A stretch of DNA of 64,000 nucleotides from Octopus vulgaris (GCA_951406725.2 OX597840.1:38440001-38504000); one strand, 5' to 3'; shown: positions 27,874 through 42,443, counted from the stretch's first letter. Numbers and translations: made by a program. Notes: a model not told the origin generated them from the sequence alone.

Positions 27874-27904
27874 CAAAATAAGCAACAAGAATGGCTCCAG
27901 TAAT

Positions 27905-27990
27905 TTGGTACGATCGTTTCGTATTACATCATTTTATTAAATGTTTTAAGTATTACAACAGTTTTAAAATGCTGAGCACTCATCAGCCAA
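27905..27990 (-). ncRNA. Type I hammerhead ribozyme motif, canonical core, long stem II
   Basis: Minus strand: ttgg-CTGATGA-gtg..cagcatttta...taaaatgatg..tac-GAAA-cgatcg-TA-ccaa; palindrome ACGATCGT, GUA triplet. Confidence 0.75.
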
Positions 27991-30545
27991 TTATAGAGGT
28001 TTTCCATTAAAACAAACATTTTCATATCAAGTGGCAACATTATAGAGAAGGTAGATACATAGACAAAGATGTAGATTTAAATTTTAGAACATATTCATTT
28101 GAATCTAAATTTTTGCTGAACTTATATATATATATATATATATGGAAAGAGAGAGAGAGAGAGAGAGAGAATGAATGGAAGAAAGAGTGATAGATAGATA
28201 GATAATTAAATAGACAGATATAGATATAAGGATCCACATATACATACGACTGTCTGTCAGGGACTATTGCAGGAGACACTTGCTCAAGGTGTTACTCAGT
28301 GGGTCTGATCCCGGATCCATGTGTGTGCGTAGTAATCTTCTTCCCATACAGCCATGCCTGCGCTATACATACACACACTCATACTTACACACATACATAC
28401 AAAATATACATACACACACATGATTGCTGCCCCCTCGTTATCGTGTATGGCCATTGCACGAAGCTTAACTATTATTGGTGCTGTGATCGAATGTGACTTT
28501 TTAGCCCAGCTAAAGATCTACAATGTCTTGTACAGAATTGGCAGCTAAAACATTTACCGGTTTTACACAAACACACACATACATATATAGATACGTACAT
28601 ACATAATATACATACATGCACACATACATATACGTGTCTATATACGTATGTGTTTCCTTAACACTACGAATATGTGTTGAGTTCTTTATAGCGTTCTATG
28701 CTCCTCAATTTCATTTCGAGACCTAGTGCACACAGATACGTTAATGCAAACACACACACACACATATCTTACTCTCACTCAATTATATTGTCCTTTTAAA
28801 TATTTTTCTTCAATGCACATCCCCCCCCCCCCCCTCTCCTTACTTCTGTTTTGTTTTCCTACAAGAAACACAAAATATAAAAGAAAGGATTGATTTTCAA
28901 ATCAATATCAACTACACGTGAATGGAATCATACAAGAACTTAACAGCATCCTCTGATACAGAAATTGATTGAACGTACGCTGTAAATTAGATATGATACA
29001 ATACAGAGAACAGACACTCAGTCAAACTATTTTAAGTCTATTGTTTTCTTATTTAAAAACAAAAATCTCAATAAAATTCGTTACTTTTTGTTCGTGTTCG
29101 TTAAAGAATAGTTTTGCAGGTGTTGTACGTTAGAATAAATGTGGACAGTTATTGATGGAAGTCAGGTGGCGAAAACTCATCCATGAAAACATAATTGAAT
29201 TCATGAATTAAATTGTTCGTTTGATAAGAATTTGCGTCTTAATTTGAAATGGTGAAAACCCAGATTTTCGTTATTTGCTTAGAGTGATAAAACAAAGTGG
29301 AAAAATATAAATACATATAAATAAACGAGGAAAAATATATAGAAAGCGATAGAGATATAAAACAGAAAGCGTATAACATTCGACAAATGTAAATGTAGAA
29401 AATGATCGAATTTTAATGAAATAAAACAATATTATCAAAGGTGGTATTTTTGATGTTGTAATTGAAATCTAACATTTCTGCATTGAGTTTAAAAGCGTTA
29501 CATCTTTCAGATTCTTTGCGACAATCACTGCTGTCAGTCTGTAGGAAAGAATTTTAGTTAAAGTTTGAGAAATAAAATAAAATGAAAAAAAAACAACAAC
29601 CAAACACAATATAATTATCTTTTCTTCAAGACAGCAAACACTAGTTGTTAGAATATAATAGGTAGGACATCGGAAAGCAGATTTAACGACAAACTTTGGT
29701 TTCTCACTTAAATGTATTTCAACTCATTAATGTACAAATTTTCAAATCCTGTGGTGTCTATAGAAGAAGAGTGTGTGTGTGTGTGTGTGGGAGAGCGATC
29801 TCCAATTGAAATAATGAGATTAAGTAGATTTATGTGAAATCTCATCTGGAGAGGGATTAAAGGGACATTGGTTGCTTTACATAAAACAGTACACTTCTTC
29901 AGTGTTTCATAAAGAATGCCCATGGTCTTACGGTTCAGGGGCCTTTTCAGATACTGGATTAATATCCAAACCACCTCAACCCGGGACCAAACAATAGGAA
30001 AGATCACCACGTCTCTTACAATTCGTTTCCAATTTGTCTCGCATTATTGGTTGGACATCGAAGAAAATTCCTCTTTGTCAACTAACGTACTTCTGCCATA
30101 AGAGATGAGACGAAATATGTAGCAATATGAATCTCATTCTCTTATTTTCTCGAATTTTCATCTCACTTTTGAAACCAGTGGTGTACAATTATGGATGGCA
30201 ACATCACAATAAGTTATATCTGGGGGTTTCAATCGTTTATACAACTTATATTACTGCACAATATCTCAGGAGTGTCGGATATAGGTAAACATATGCTTCA
30301 TTTTATCCTGTTATCGTTGAGACTACTATTATCTTGATGAGTACTCAGGGTTGAAGATTTCCTTATTCCAAACAGTAAAAGAGATATGATATAGGCAAAT
30401 AAATCCAACGTATCGAAAGGCCGGATTTAAATGCATAGACTATAAAGTAACTCCAAAACTACATATTCAAAGAATTTTGAGCTCAAATCTTGCAATTTTC
30501 CAAGTGTATTACGCTTCAGTTCAATAATGTTGTGTATTGAAATAC

Positions 30546-30932
30546 AGGAGTGGCTGTGTGGTAAGTAATTGCTTACCAGCCACATGGTTACGGGTTCAGT
30601 CCCACTGCGCGGCACCTTGGGCAAGTGTCTTCTACTATAGCCTCGGGCCGACCAAAACCTTGTGAGTGGATTTGGTAGACGAAAACTGAAAGAAGCTCGT
30701 CGTATATGTGTATATATATGTATGTGTGTCTGTTTTTGTTCCCCTAGCATTGCTTGACAACCGATGCTGATGTGTTTACGTCCCCGTCACTTAGCGGTTC
30801 GGCAAAAGAGACCCATAGAATAAGTACTGGGCTTACAAAGAATAAGTCCCGAGGTCGATTTGCTCGATTAAAGGCGGTGCTCCAGCATGGCCGCAGTCAA
30901 ATGACTGAAACAAGTAAAAGAGTAAAAGAGTA
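30546..30932 (+). mobile_element. Full-length CORE-type tRNA-derived SINE
   Basis: A-box tggctgtgtggt, B-box ggttcagtcc, CORE-like caccttgggcaagtgtc, internal TG/TA tract, and tail ggcggtgctccagcatggccgcagtc...gtaaaagagtaaaaga. Confidence 0.9.
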
Positions 30933-32091
30933 TTCCTGAATCAAAAATAGTCCTCGAGACAATGTACGAATACTTGTGTGGCACTCAGTCTTCTCTCTGC
31001 TGAACAAAACAGCCAAATATCACTCAATTCAAAACCACCGACTCAGAGAAAGAAACCCGCACTGAATATAATGTTACAATGAATTTGAATGAAAACACGA
31101 AAAAAAGATGACTCCAAATCATTCAATCTTTCACTTAATGGCGCTTAGCATGAGTTCTTACCCTCACATTATACAGGAACAATATAGTGGAAAATATTGC
31201 CCCTAATATACAAAACAGAGTCTAGATATTCATGCGTGTAACATTTCTACTCCATTAATATTTAAATGAGGACGAAAACATCAACGGAACGCTGATCCTT
31301 GTCCGATTATTCAAAACATTGAAATCCCATTAAATATTCAGTTTGGAATATCTGGTTAACTCATTTTCTTTCCTATAATTAAATAGGTTATCACTAAAGT
31401 TTTCATTATCCCATTTAGACTGAACGAATTTCTAAATAGTCGCAGGCGCGCTTTTGTGATAAGATACTTTGCTTCCTATACTCATTGTTCCGGGTTCACT
31501 TCCACTACGTGGCGTTTTGGGCAAGTGTCCTTTGTTGTAAAAATAATAAAAAATATATACAGTACAATACTGTGTGTACGTCGCGGATTTTGACCTATCG
31601 TGGGTTGTTTTAGAACGTTACATCTGCGATAGTCGAGGAATTACTGTATTTTGAAGCTGACAGTATCTACCAATTGGTGAAACAACAAACATGTCTATGG
31701 CACAATAAGAAGACTTCTTTAGATATTATGATATCGTCACCGGCATAGATTGCAGCTGTCTCAACAAAACAAAATTAAGGTTGATTACGGCGGGAAATGA
31801 AATCAAAAATTTAGATAACAGAAATGTACCTAAGTGTTTTGTGCGTGCCACATATGGTGTGTCCTTTCCGAAAAGTATGTTGTGCCATTTCGGTTCTAAT
31901 CTCGCTTTCTAATTTGCACACAAGACCAAAAATTTTGAAGAGAGAGATGTTGCCCGATCGCATTTCACACCCAGTGCTAGCCTGATATTTTATGCATTAA
32001 TTTTTAGTTATAAAATTAATTATAACATTTAGTTATAACGTTTATACATTTGTTGTGCAAGACTTTTTATGTGAAGTCGTGTGTTGAAACA

Positions 32092-32535
32092 TATATTGTT
32101 GTATTCCGGAATGTTCATTTTGCCAGTTTAGCCAATAAAAACACACGCACTATATATTTGGTATTACGTTGCTTCAGTGCTATCTATTTTTTTACATTAA
32201 TCTTAATCTTATTTCGACCAGAGTTCTTTCGTCACACTCCTGTGACCGCATCAGTGGACCTTTGCTTTCTTATTTCTTAGTTGTGTGTCTCTCCTTACTA
32301 ACCGTTATACAAAATGGCTAACGGTTAGTGAGGAGAGACACACAAATAAGAAAGAAGAAAGCAAAAGACCACTGATGCGGTCACAGGAGTGTGACGAAAG
32401 AACTCTGGTCGAAATAAGATTAAGATTAATGTAAAAAAAATAGATAACACTGAAGCAAAGTAACACCAAATATATAATGCGTGTGTTTCTATTGGCTAAA
32501 CTGGCAAAATGACCATTCCAAAATATAACAATATT
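32092..32535. repeat. Long fold-back (~215 bp arms, 11-nt loop) carrying HHR-like motifs
   Basis: Arms meet at ctaaccgtta|tacaaaatggc|taacggttag (32298-32328). Confidence 0.9.
32367..32410 (+). ncRNA. Minimal hammerhead-like motif (core variant CUGAUGCG)
   Basis: gacca-CTGATGC-g-gtcaca ggag tgtgac-GAAA-gaac-TC-tggtc; antisense twin at 32216-32259. Confidence 0.55.
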
Positions 32536-34235
32536 TAGTTAAAACAACTAAATTTTAATTATAACATTAATAATTCTACAATTGGAATGGGCTGATGGCA
32601 TGTCTAAACGTAGGCTTCAATCAATTAATTTGATCCCAGAAGCTGATCGGAAATATTATTTTCTCTAATCGAAAATGATTTGTTGTCAGAACAGAAATCT
32701 TAAATATAAGAACGTAACAAAATAACATAAGGCATGACGTCCGGGTTCAAATCGATTCTTGCACATATCTCCATTATTCAGAACACGCCGGTGCTTTTCG
32801 AACTCAGAACGTAAAGATTCTTAACTGAAACCCGCATTGCAATTTTAGATAATGATCTAATGACTTGATCGATCCATAATCCACGCTCTATAATACTGGG
32901 ACATCAATTCCATTTAGTTAACAGCGCTAAAGTACACCAGTACTATTTTAAAATCCCTATAAACATCAAATTTTCAAAGCTGAATCACCCAATCAATTAT
33001 TGGTGACTTTCCAAAATATAATTCCAGTTATTACCTTCAACTCCCGTTATTACTGACAAACGTTATTTATTGACAGTCTCTGCAAATCACTTTGTAAAGG
33101 AAATCGCCCGCAAATTATACAGTAATAGATAAAAAGTTGGAAATAGTTGAACTTTAATTAGGAAATAATTAGTATCAGCAGAAAATTCTTAATTAGATAG
33201 CAAAGGAACAAGTACACTCACACACGCACAGCACACATTGTACAACTGTTATGCACGCATACATACAAGAATTACAGAAAAAATCGGAAACAGAGTGTTA
33301 AACACTTCATGTTAAAATTTATTTCCACGTTCTTGTAATAAACGGTTGAATATCGTCCATTTAACATGTACACGTTCTCCTCTTTATTCTTCTAATTCTC
33401 CTTCCATAACACCACCATCGCCACAACCACTACTACCATAACTACTACTACAACTACTACTACTACTACTATTTCTGTTGTGATTATTGCAGTGGGGATG
33501 TTGGAAGCGCAACATATAAAGTGGCGGGTCGAGCATTTTAAAGTGGTTTCGTTTATGTTCGAAATAACAACTAAAACAAATAAATTAATTTTGACTGTGC
33601 CTTCTTTTGTATATCCGCCATGACCTACAGAATGGAATACCAGTCAGACACTGTTGTTAATTCAATCGAATAAAAGCCTTCGAAGAATTCTCTGCTCCGC
33701 TAATCCTAACATAAAAAATCTTTCATGCTATTTGCGCATATATCTTAAATACATGCCAAATGACATTTAATTTTATTTAGTAGATATTAGTTAAAAGTTA
33801 TGCGGTTATAGTTATTTGGTGATTTAACCCACTGCTTCGGATATATCATTAAATATATGGCGCAGGCATGACTGTGTTTTAAGAATCTTACCTCCCAACT
33901 ACATGGTTCCATGTTGAGTTTCGTTCTGTGAGTCTGAAAGCAAGTGAGGTATACAATCGCCCAGGTCGGCTACATATTTGTGAGCGAATTCAGTAGACAG
34001 AAACAGACAGATATCCGTTATTCGTGGAGTAACAAGGCTACCAATGGTTTCGTGTAGGGATTTCATCACAATTTTTAAAGATTTCCACGTGGGAATGTTT
34101 GAAACAATGAATTCCACAGTGAATAATATCTTTTTTTAAAATAATGATTATATTATGATCAGCTGATTTATTTCACTGGAATTATTCTATGTTTACGAGA
34201 CCTAGTGAAGCATCTGCAGCTAGCAGGCCATGCTA

Positions 34236-34443
34236 CTTCAGACTGATGACAAGCAAGACACAGAAACTAGTCTCCGGTTGAAGGCTTAGCTGGGTGGGGG
34301 TGCTTGTCCCCCCCTTGTAAACACAAGGCCACTGGAAATGTGTCAAGGCCGACAGGAAGTGTCGATGCATCCTAGGGCGAAATAGCGGTGGTGTGATTCC
34401 CTTCATGGGACTGTCACATTAAGTTGACAGTATACAACTACTC
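34236..34443 (+). mobile_element. Diverged relative of the 24.5 kb HHR element
   Basis: ga-CTGATGA-(13 nt)-GAAA-ctag-TC-tc at 34241-34274. Downstream aaggccactggaaatgtgtcaaggcc aligns to aagggcacagaaattgtgtctaaggcc (24612-24638). Confidence 0.65.
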
Positions 34444-34874
34444 ATTATATTATATGCATATGAATAAGTGTGTGTTTGAATAACAAATATGCTGTAGAAT
34501 GAGCTAAAAGTCAGAACCTGAAAACAGATACACATCGTCGTGATAGGGCCCTGTGTATTGTGTCTCAAATTCCCTTTACTGTTTCTGCGATATTAAATCG
34601 ATTGATGATGTTCTTCAGGGTGGTCAATTGATTTAACAATTTCAGAAAAGGGGAATCCTTGCAGAATGTTTTAAATTGGTATTAGAAATACCATGACCGT
34701 CTATAAAATTACAGTAAGTCAATATTTATTAATTATGCTGGCATTAATACCATAGACTGCTGCTTTATATTCACGAACGTGTAGGATATTTTCACTCGTG
34801 AATTATAGTTTACAAACGCTTACAGTTGTTTCAAAGCATCACAAGCGCCTTCGTAACGTATCCTAGTTTTACAT

Positions 34875-35133
34875 CAGTAGTTTTCAACCTTAGTGTGGGG
34901 AGGGTATATGACCCTTGGGTTCATATAAGATTTTGCTGTTAAAATTTATGTGACATAGTCTGGTTATACTTTTACAATATACAAAATATTAAAATATATA
35001 TTAATCAATTCCTAATAACATTTAATTATAAAACTGTAATGGGATTTTTAAACATCAAATATCTATGAGGACCCACCCGAGTTAAAGAGTAGACGAAGAG
35101 GTTCTTTGGTTAAAAACCGTTTGAGAACCAGTG
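34875..35133. mobile_element. hAT (Charlie-like) MITE
   Basis: TIRs cagtagttttcaa / ttgagaaccagtg; 8-bp TSD ttttacat (34867-34874) / gtttacat (35134-35141). Confidence 0.75.
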
Positions 35134-35641
35134 GTTTACATTTACAGACAATAAGGGTAGAAAGAACACACTAAAGAATTCTATAAATCACTGGCAAGTT
35201 CTAACCCGGATAAATTCTTCCTCAACTTTTCCTGAATTCTTCCCGGTGCCAGTCTGTCTATATGAGCCAAGACATAAATAGTTTAGGACTGATAGCAGTT
35301 TTGAAACAGATGACATAGCTGATATATACCTGCCAACAAATATGTAGACATTTGACTTAGTCGCAACACAAACTAATACATCCGGCTGACGTCACTAGAC
35401 GTCTATTCACCATTTATATTCGCTTTCTGCCTTCTGGTTACCATTCAGTGAATATCGGTAATTATGGAGTTGCCTAACTACATTCCTACTTATAAACATA
35501 CATGCACGCATATGCACGAACGCCGTATATAAGAATATAAACACGACATATCCCTGCATGCGGCCTCACACATCATCATACACACATATTTGTATACATG
35601 TGTATATATATACATAGATGCATATATATATATGTATAATA

Positions 35642-35672
<31 letters not shown>

Positions 35673-35721
35673 CATACATATTTCATATATATGCATAAAT
35701 ATAGCATACATATAATATATA

Positions 35722-35779
<58 letters not shown>

Positions 35780-37873
35780 AGTATATATATATATATATAT
35801 TTATTTATATATATATACATATATTTATATATATATATATATTCTTGTGTATATATGTATATATGTGTATTAACATACATATGTGTTTATGCTTGCGTCT
35901 GCTTGTGTGTGTATCTGTCTGTGTCTGTTTCTATGTGTTTGTGTAAAATATATTGTGTGTGAGTGCCTGTGTATCTGTTTGTCTGTGTGTATATATGTGT
36001 GTAATTCACTATTGCATTTTTTTCTTTCATGTATTGAAGTATTTATAAAATATTTATTGAAATACTGTTTGGCAATTTCAATTAGTGGTTTTGTTTATGG
36101 TTGTTGGTGATGTTTTCTATTTATTCTTTTTTTTTAAATATCAACGTTTATATTTTGTGGCCAACCAACCCTAAACAATCAAGACTCCGAGAAAAGTTTT
36201 CTTCAGAAAAATACCAAGTTTCCTCAATAATTGTGTGTGTGTGAGTATTTTCAGTGCCAGTTTTAGTAAAACCTTTCCATAACGATAGTAAAATTTCGAC
36301 TTCAGGGATAGTTACTTGGTATTTCTTAAAGTTTCATTGTCTGGTACATAAAATATACGTTGAGTGATTATTTAAGATCTTTTCATTTTTGGGGAGTCAA
36401 GAGTTTCCTGTGATTAATTGACATTAACCAGATGTGGAATTTCGCAACGCCATATTGGTATTTTAGGTTATCACATTCTTGTAAATCATCTACTAAGATT
36501 TAGAGGCTGCAATCTGAGGTACACTTTTGGTCCATTGCAAATGTATGAACAAAGACTTAAATTTTGGGAGCGGTCGAGTTCATTTTTAATATTCTCATTT
36601 GTGAGAGCAGTCGAGTTTATTTCAGATATTCTCCTTTTAAGTCATCTCTGGCTAATCGTTCAGAGGATGTTGGTGTTACCCTGGCGAAGGGGTGCGCCCT
36701 TTGAGTACTCTTGCTTCGTGTTGTTTTTTGGGTGTTTTTTGTGTAAGATACTTCAGTAAGCAAAGGGAAACTGCTTTGTGGTCTTTTAGGAATAAAGTGA
36801 ATATGAGTTTGGTTGCCTATTGTTGTTACAATTCATAATGCCTAGGGAGAAAAAGCGAAGTGGATGGTGGCGTGAAGAGGGTGATGCAACCAATTAATAT
36901 CTGTGTTGGTCCGCCTAGGCCCAAAATAGTTCAGGGCAAACCGTTCTGGGAATGAATTTATGTACCGTAAGTGAGGATGACGACGTCGACAACGATAATA
37001 ATGATGATGATAAGGAGGAGAACGACGTGGACGAGGTTGGTGATTATGAGGATGATGAGGATGTAGATGACGTTCACGATGACGACGACAATGACGACGA
37101 CGATGATGATGACTTCTGGCCTTTCACCCTGAGATGCACGACGGTTTCGCTACTCAGTGCCTTACATGAGCGCCCAAAGATGATTCAGATATACGGTTGG
37201 ATCATTCTCGTTCAACACACTTGAACAATATTGAGTCATATACCAGTAATAGGAAATCGGTTAACGAGTTACTCAGAGGGGCACTCACACGCACACAAAC
37301 ACACACCCACACAAACGTTTTCTTCCTCTCTTTCTCACTCACAACCACACTCGCACTTATTGATTTACTCGAGATAAACATGAATTGTACATTCCTGCAA
37401 CGAGTGAAAAGGCGACCTGAAAGTTCAGTCGAACAAAACTGTGTATCATACTCAATATTGTTTCAGCCAAAAACTTTTTCCAAATATTTTTCTTATATTT
37501 TTACATTACAACATAGCAAGAACATGCAAGTACACACATAAAAACGCATACAGCAAAGCCCAAATCAAAGACACACACACACATACGCACGCATATACGT
37601 TTGTGTATCTGTACTTGTGTATGTGTGTGTTTGTATGTGTGTTATTCCATAATTTACCAATTCCAATTTTGTTGCAACTACATAATTGTTCGGACGAGTA
37701 TGTAATCAGACTTATGTTCTCTTGCATCTGTCTACATGCTGTGATGGGAAAATACGGAAGTGCGTGTTTACATAAGGAGGCTGTTCTCTGTATACAAATG
37801 CACATTTACTCACATGTGCGTATTCATCCATCGATCCGTGTATATAAACACCAGTCCTATATACATATGTTTA

Positions 37874-37960
<87 letters not shown>

Positions 37961-37975
37961 GTGTATCTATGTATG

Positions 37976-38016
<41 letters not shown>

Positions 38017-38627
38017 GTATATAGGACTGCACAATGTGTTGCAGAGCATGTGCGAGCGTGTGTATGAGTAATGTACGCCGTCCATTTTCTGAGGCACTTT
38101 GACGCCAAGCTGTCAGGGAAATAAGCTAGAGATGGAATGATATCCTGTTTTTATCTGCTTGCATATAGGAGCCCTCTTAATTGCACTGCAATATATCCTT
38201 ATAGTTGATTAATCATCTCAATAAAATATAAAGACACATACTGCATAACAAAGCAACAGCGAAAATAAAACACGGCAAAAATATATACATAAATGAGTAG
38301 ACTTCAGCTGGAACAACAAAAACAAAAGATCAACCAAGAACAAAAATGACAACAACGGAATGATGATGATAATGCTACTACTAATAATAATATAATGATG
38401 ATAATATTATAATGATGACGATGGTGATGATGATAATATAATGATGATAATATTATAATGATGATGACGATGATAATAATAATAATATAATGATGATAAT
38501 AATGTAACATTAAATTAAAGATGATGTTGATGATGATAATATTAATGATAATAATAATGATAATGATGAGGATGACGAAGACGAAGACGGCGACCACTAC
38601 CACCATGGTGACGATGATAATGATACT

Positions 38628-38870
<243 letters not shown>

Positions 38871-39693
38871 ACGCAATGAAAATGTAACTAAACGAGTAAT
38901 AAGAGTGATTAATATTAGATTACGGTTTGTTTTCCTATCTCCGAATTGACTGTTAAGGCGGGATTTAGTTGGAATATTCTCTCAGTTCAATGAAAACGGT
39001 AATGAACATATATTGTTCTCATCATACACGGCCCAGTGCACTTTGTAGTTTGGCCAAAAGCTATGCATCTTGGCAAATGAACGAGAGCTTGCTCTCTCTA
39101 GCCATAGTTTGTTAGTTTGACCAACGTCGTGTGTAACGCTCACCCCACTTCCTCTCGCAAACTCGACAACGCTCTTTCCGTCCTCCTTCCGTCCCGCCAT
39201 CATCCTGCTATCAGAATGGGCAAATATCTAATGGTGCTTTACAGATTGTTTGAAATCATCAGCACTTGGCAATTATTTATTCATTTCAGTAATCTCGTTA
39301 ACTCTTGAGAATGGTAAGTGGAGTGTCGGGGTAGAGAGAGAGAGAAAGAGAGAGACATAACAGGATTGCGTGGATGTTTGTAAAAGAGGGGTTGGTGTCG
39401 CTAAAGGAGGCGAAGTGATAAGGAAATGATGAACTGAGACGCATTCACGTAAGAATGAGCAAGGATTATGAAGAATATGCCAACAGTTTCTAAATTATAA
39501 ATGCCGTAACCTATAATTTACTCTCTAACTGACTCGCCAAATTCTTTCTTCATTCAATAATTTAGTTCTTTATTTCCATGTAAATTCGTTATAACGTAAA
39601 ATATTATGGATTATGGTTCAGGATATTGTTAACGTTAGCGTCTTCGAACAAAGATCGATTCTAAAGGCGATGCGCGCAACTGCATCGACTAGA

Positions 39694-39763
<70 letters not shown>

Positions 39764-39768
39764 CTAGA

Positions 39769-39816
<48 letters not shown>

Positions 39817-39991
39817 TGACAATGTGGATATTCAAGCCTCTGAGATAGATGAACTGTTTTAATAAATTAAATTTATTAAAGATAATCTTTCAATGAATAT
39901 ATTCTACAGAATATCGTAAGATATAAAACATTATATATATACACACATACATACATGCATACATACATACATACATACATACATACATACA

Positions 39992-40078
<87 letters not shown>

Positions 40079-40412
40079 TTTATGTAGCTGCTCTCGTTTC
40101 TCTCTTTTCTTCTTTGTTCGAAAAAGTTCGTTTTGTATGTTTTTGTTTTTATTTTACCCATTGTCATTGTTACGGAGATGTACTTGCATAGCAAGCGATT
40201 TGATCTGAGATCGTGTGATGAAACGAAACCAATTGCAGCGTGGAAGGTGCTGGTAAGTCATTTGTGTGTTTCTTAAAAGGCTTACAAACACCTTCCACGC
40301 TGCAATTGCATTCTCATTGTGTTCAACAATTTTTTGATGTCCAGTACCCATATATGCATATATGTACGTAAATATGTATATACAAATATATATGTATTTA
40401 TGTATTATATAT

Positions 40413-40526
<114 letters not shown>

Positions 40527-40579
40527 CACACATACATATGCATTATATATATATATTTGTACATATATATATCTATATT

Positions 40580-40965
40580 TTTTTCTTATTTCAGCTCAGA
40601 ACTGCGGCCATGCTGATACACCGCCGTTTTGTGCTACACTGTTATTACGAAGACTCGCCTCTAATATGTGGCACTTGGTGAAGAATGGAGTTTGATATAG
40701 CTACTCTCATTTGCACCTCTTTCTGTGAGGGAGGTTCATCTGGGACTCTCGACAAGAAGAGGTCCAGCTTTGATTTAAAAACCGCTAAATCTGCATTGGG
40801 CAAGTTCCTCAGACTCTTTGGGAGAATATTAAAAAGCTGTGGGCCCTTGAGACCCAAGCTGTTGCAGAAGTTGGTCCTGAAGGGTGATGGCATTGCTGGG
40901 ATCTTTGGCACTATGCAGTGTCGTCTCGTTGTAGCATTGGTGTAGCTTACAATGCCAAAATTTGG
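40580..40965 (-). mobile_element. CR1/L2-group LINE 3' end
   Basis: NSLGLKGPQLFNILPKSLRNL...VFKSKLDLFLSRVPDEP is a typical ORF2 C-terminus; tail ggcggtgtatcagcatggccgcagt. Confidence 0.85.
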
Positions 40966-41066
40966 CACACACATATATATATGTATGTATATATGTATGT
41001 ATGCATATATGTATGTATATATGCATGCATGCATGCATGTGTGTATGTATGTATGTATATATATAT

Positions 41067-41281
41067 GGGCGTTGAGCTGGCAGAATCATTAGCACGCCGG
41101 GCGAAACGCTTAGCTGTATTTCGTCTGCCGTTACGTTCTGAGTTCAAACTCCACCGAGGTCGACATTGCCCTTCATCCTTTCGGGGTCGATTAAATAGGC
41201 ACCAATAATGCACTGAGGTCGGTGTAATTGATTTAAACCATTTGTTCATCGCCTCTATGTTTAGCCCCCCGTGTGATCAAG

Positions 41282-41285
<4 letters not shown>
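41067..41285 (+). mobile_element. Meta-like SINE
   Basis: ggcgttgagctggcagaatc...ttcatcctttcggggtcga. Confidence 0.85.
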
Positions 41286-41335
<50 letters not shown>

Positions 41336-41549
41336 GAGGTTGAGTAATTCTACCGCTTCGACAAAGCGCGTTTTCAAGGATTATTATATTTTGTCTCCCG
41401 ATAATATAGACTTGAATACAATTGATCTTTTGAACTCAACCTCACAATCATTTTAATAATAATGAAAACAATTAGAAAATCAATAGTATTGGCCAATAAA
41501 TTAAAACTACTACTACTAACACTAATGATAATAATAATAACAATAGTAT

Positions 41550-41610
<61 letters not shown>

Positions 41611-41783
41611 CATTGATGTTGTTACCATGATCATAAGAATATTAATTGTTTCTAATAAAAAAAATGGATAAACGCGCAAGAGGAAATATGACGACGATGG
41701 TCACATTGATGTTGATGATGATGGTGATGATGATGATGAAGACGTTGATAATAACGTTGATAATAATAATAATAATAATGATG

Positions 41784-41838
<55 letters not shown>

Positions 41839-42027
41839 TAATAATAATAATAATAACAATAACAATATTAGTGATCATGATATCGAACGTATTGATAAAT
41901 TTTAATATCTTAACCTAAAGGGTATTTAAATGAATATATAACTACGTATATATACAAGTGTATTTATCTATCTTAAATCTGCATAAGCGCATATATATAT
42001 ATATATATAAATATATATATATATATG

Positions 42028-42074
<47 letters not shown>

Positions 42075-42443
42075 TAATATATATATATATATACATACAT
42101 ATATATATATATATATATGTATGTCTCTATTGATATTTTGTATCTGCACGTACGTATGTATATAAAGGTTTAAAATCATTATTTCATCATTTTATTGTTT
42201 TAGTTATATAATACGCCAACCTGTGAAGTGATAACTTTTAATGGGGAATAGACAAATGTCACCAAACCAGAAATTGACTACATCAAAGGCTGCCAAAAAA
42301 TATTTTCCTCTTCAATAAAGATTTGCTATAAAGCGTTTAACGTTTCAAGCACGCTTCCATATATAAACATTTGCTATTAAATAATTTAATACTTATAAAA
42401 ATACTCACTTACGCATATGCATGTGTATGTGAGCGTAGGGATA

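Noticed and set aside
34572-34620. Minus-strand CTGAAGA...GAAAcagTA
   Set aside because: No stem I pairing adjacent to the core and no basal stem II.
36790-36965. Apparent exon between ttttag and gtaagt
   Set aside because: Stops in the frames examined; no protein similarity.
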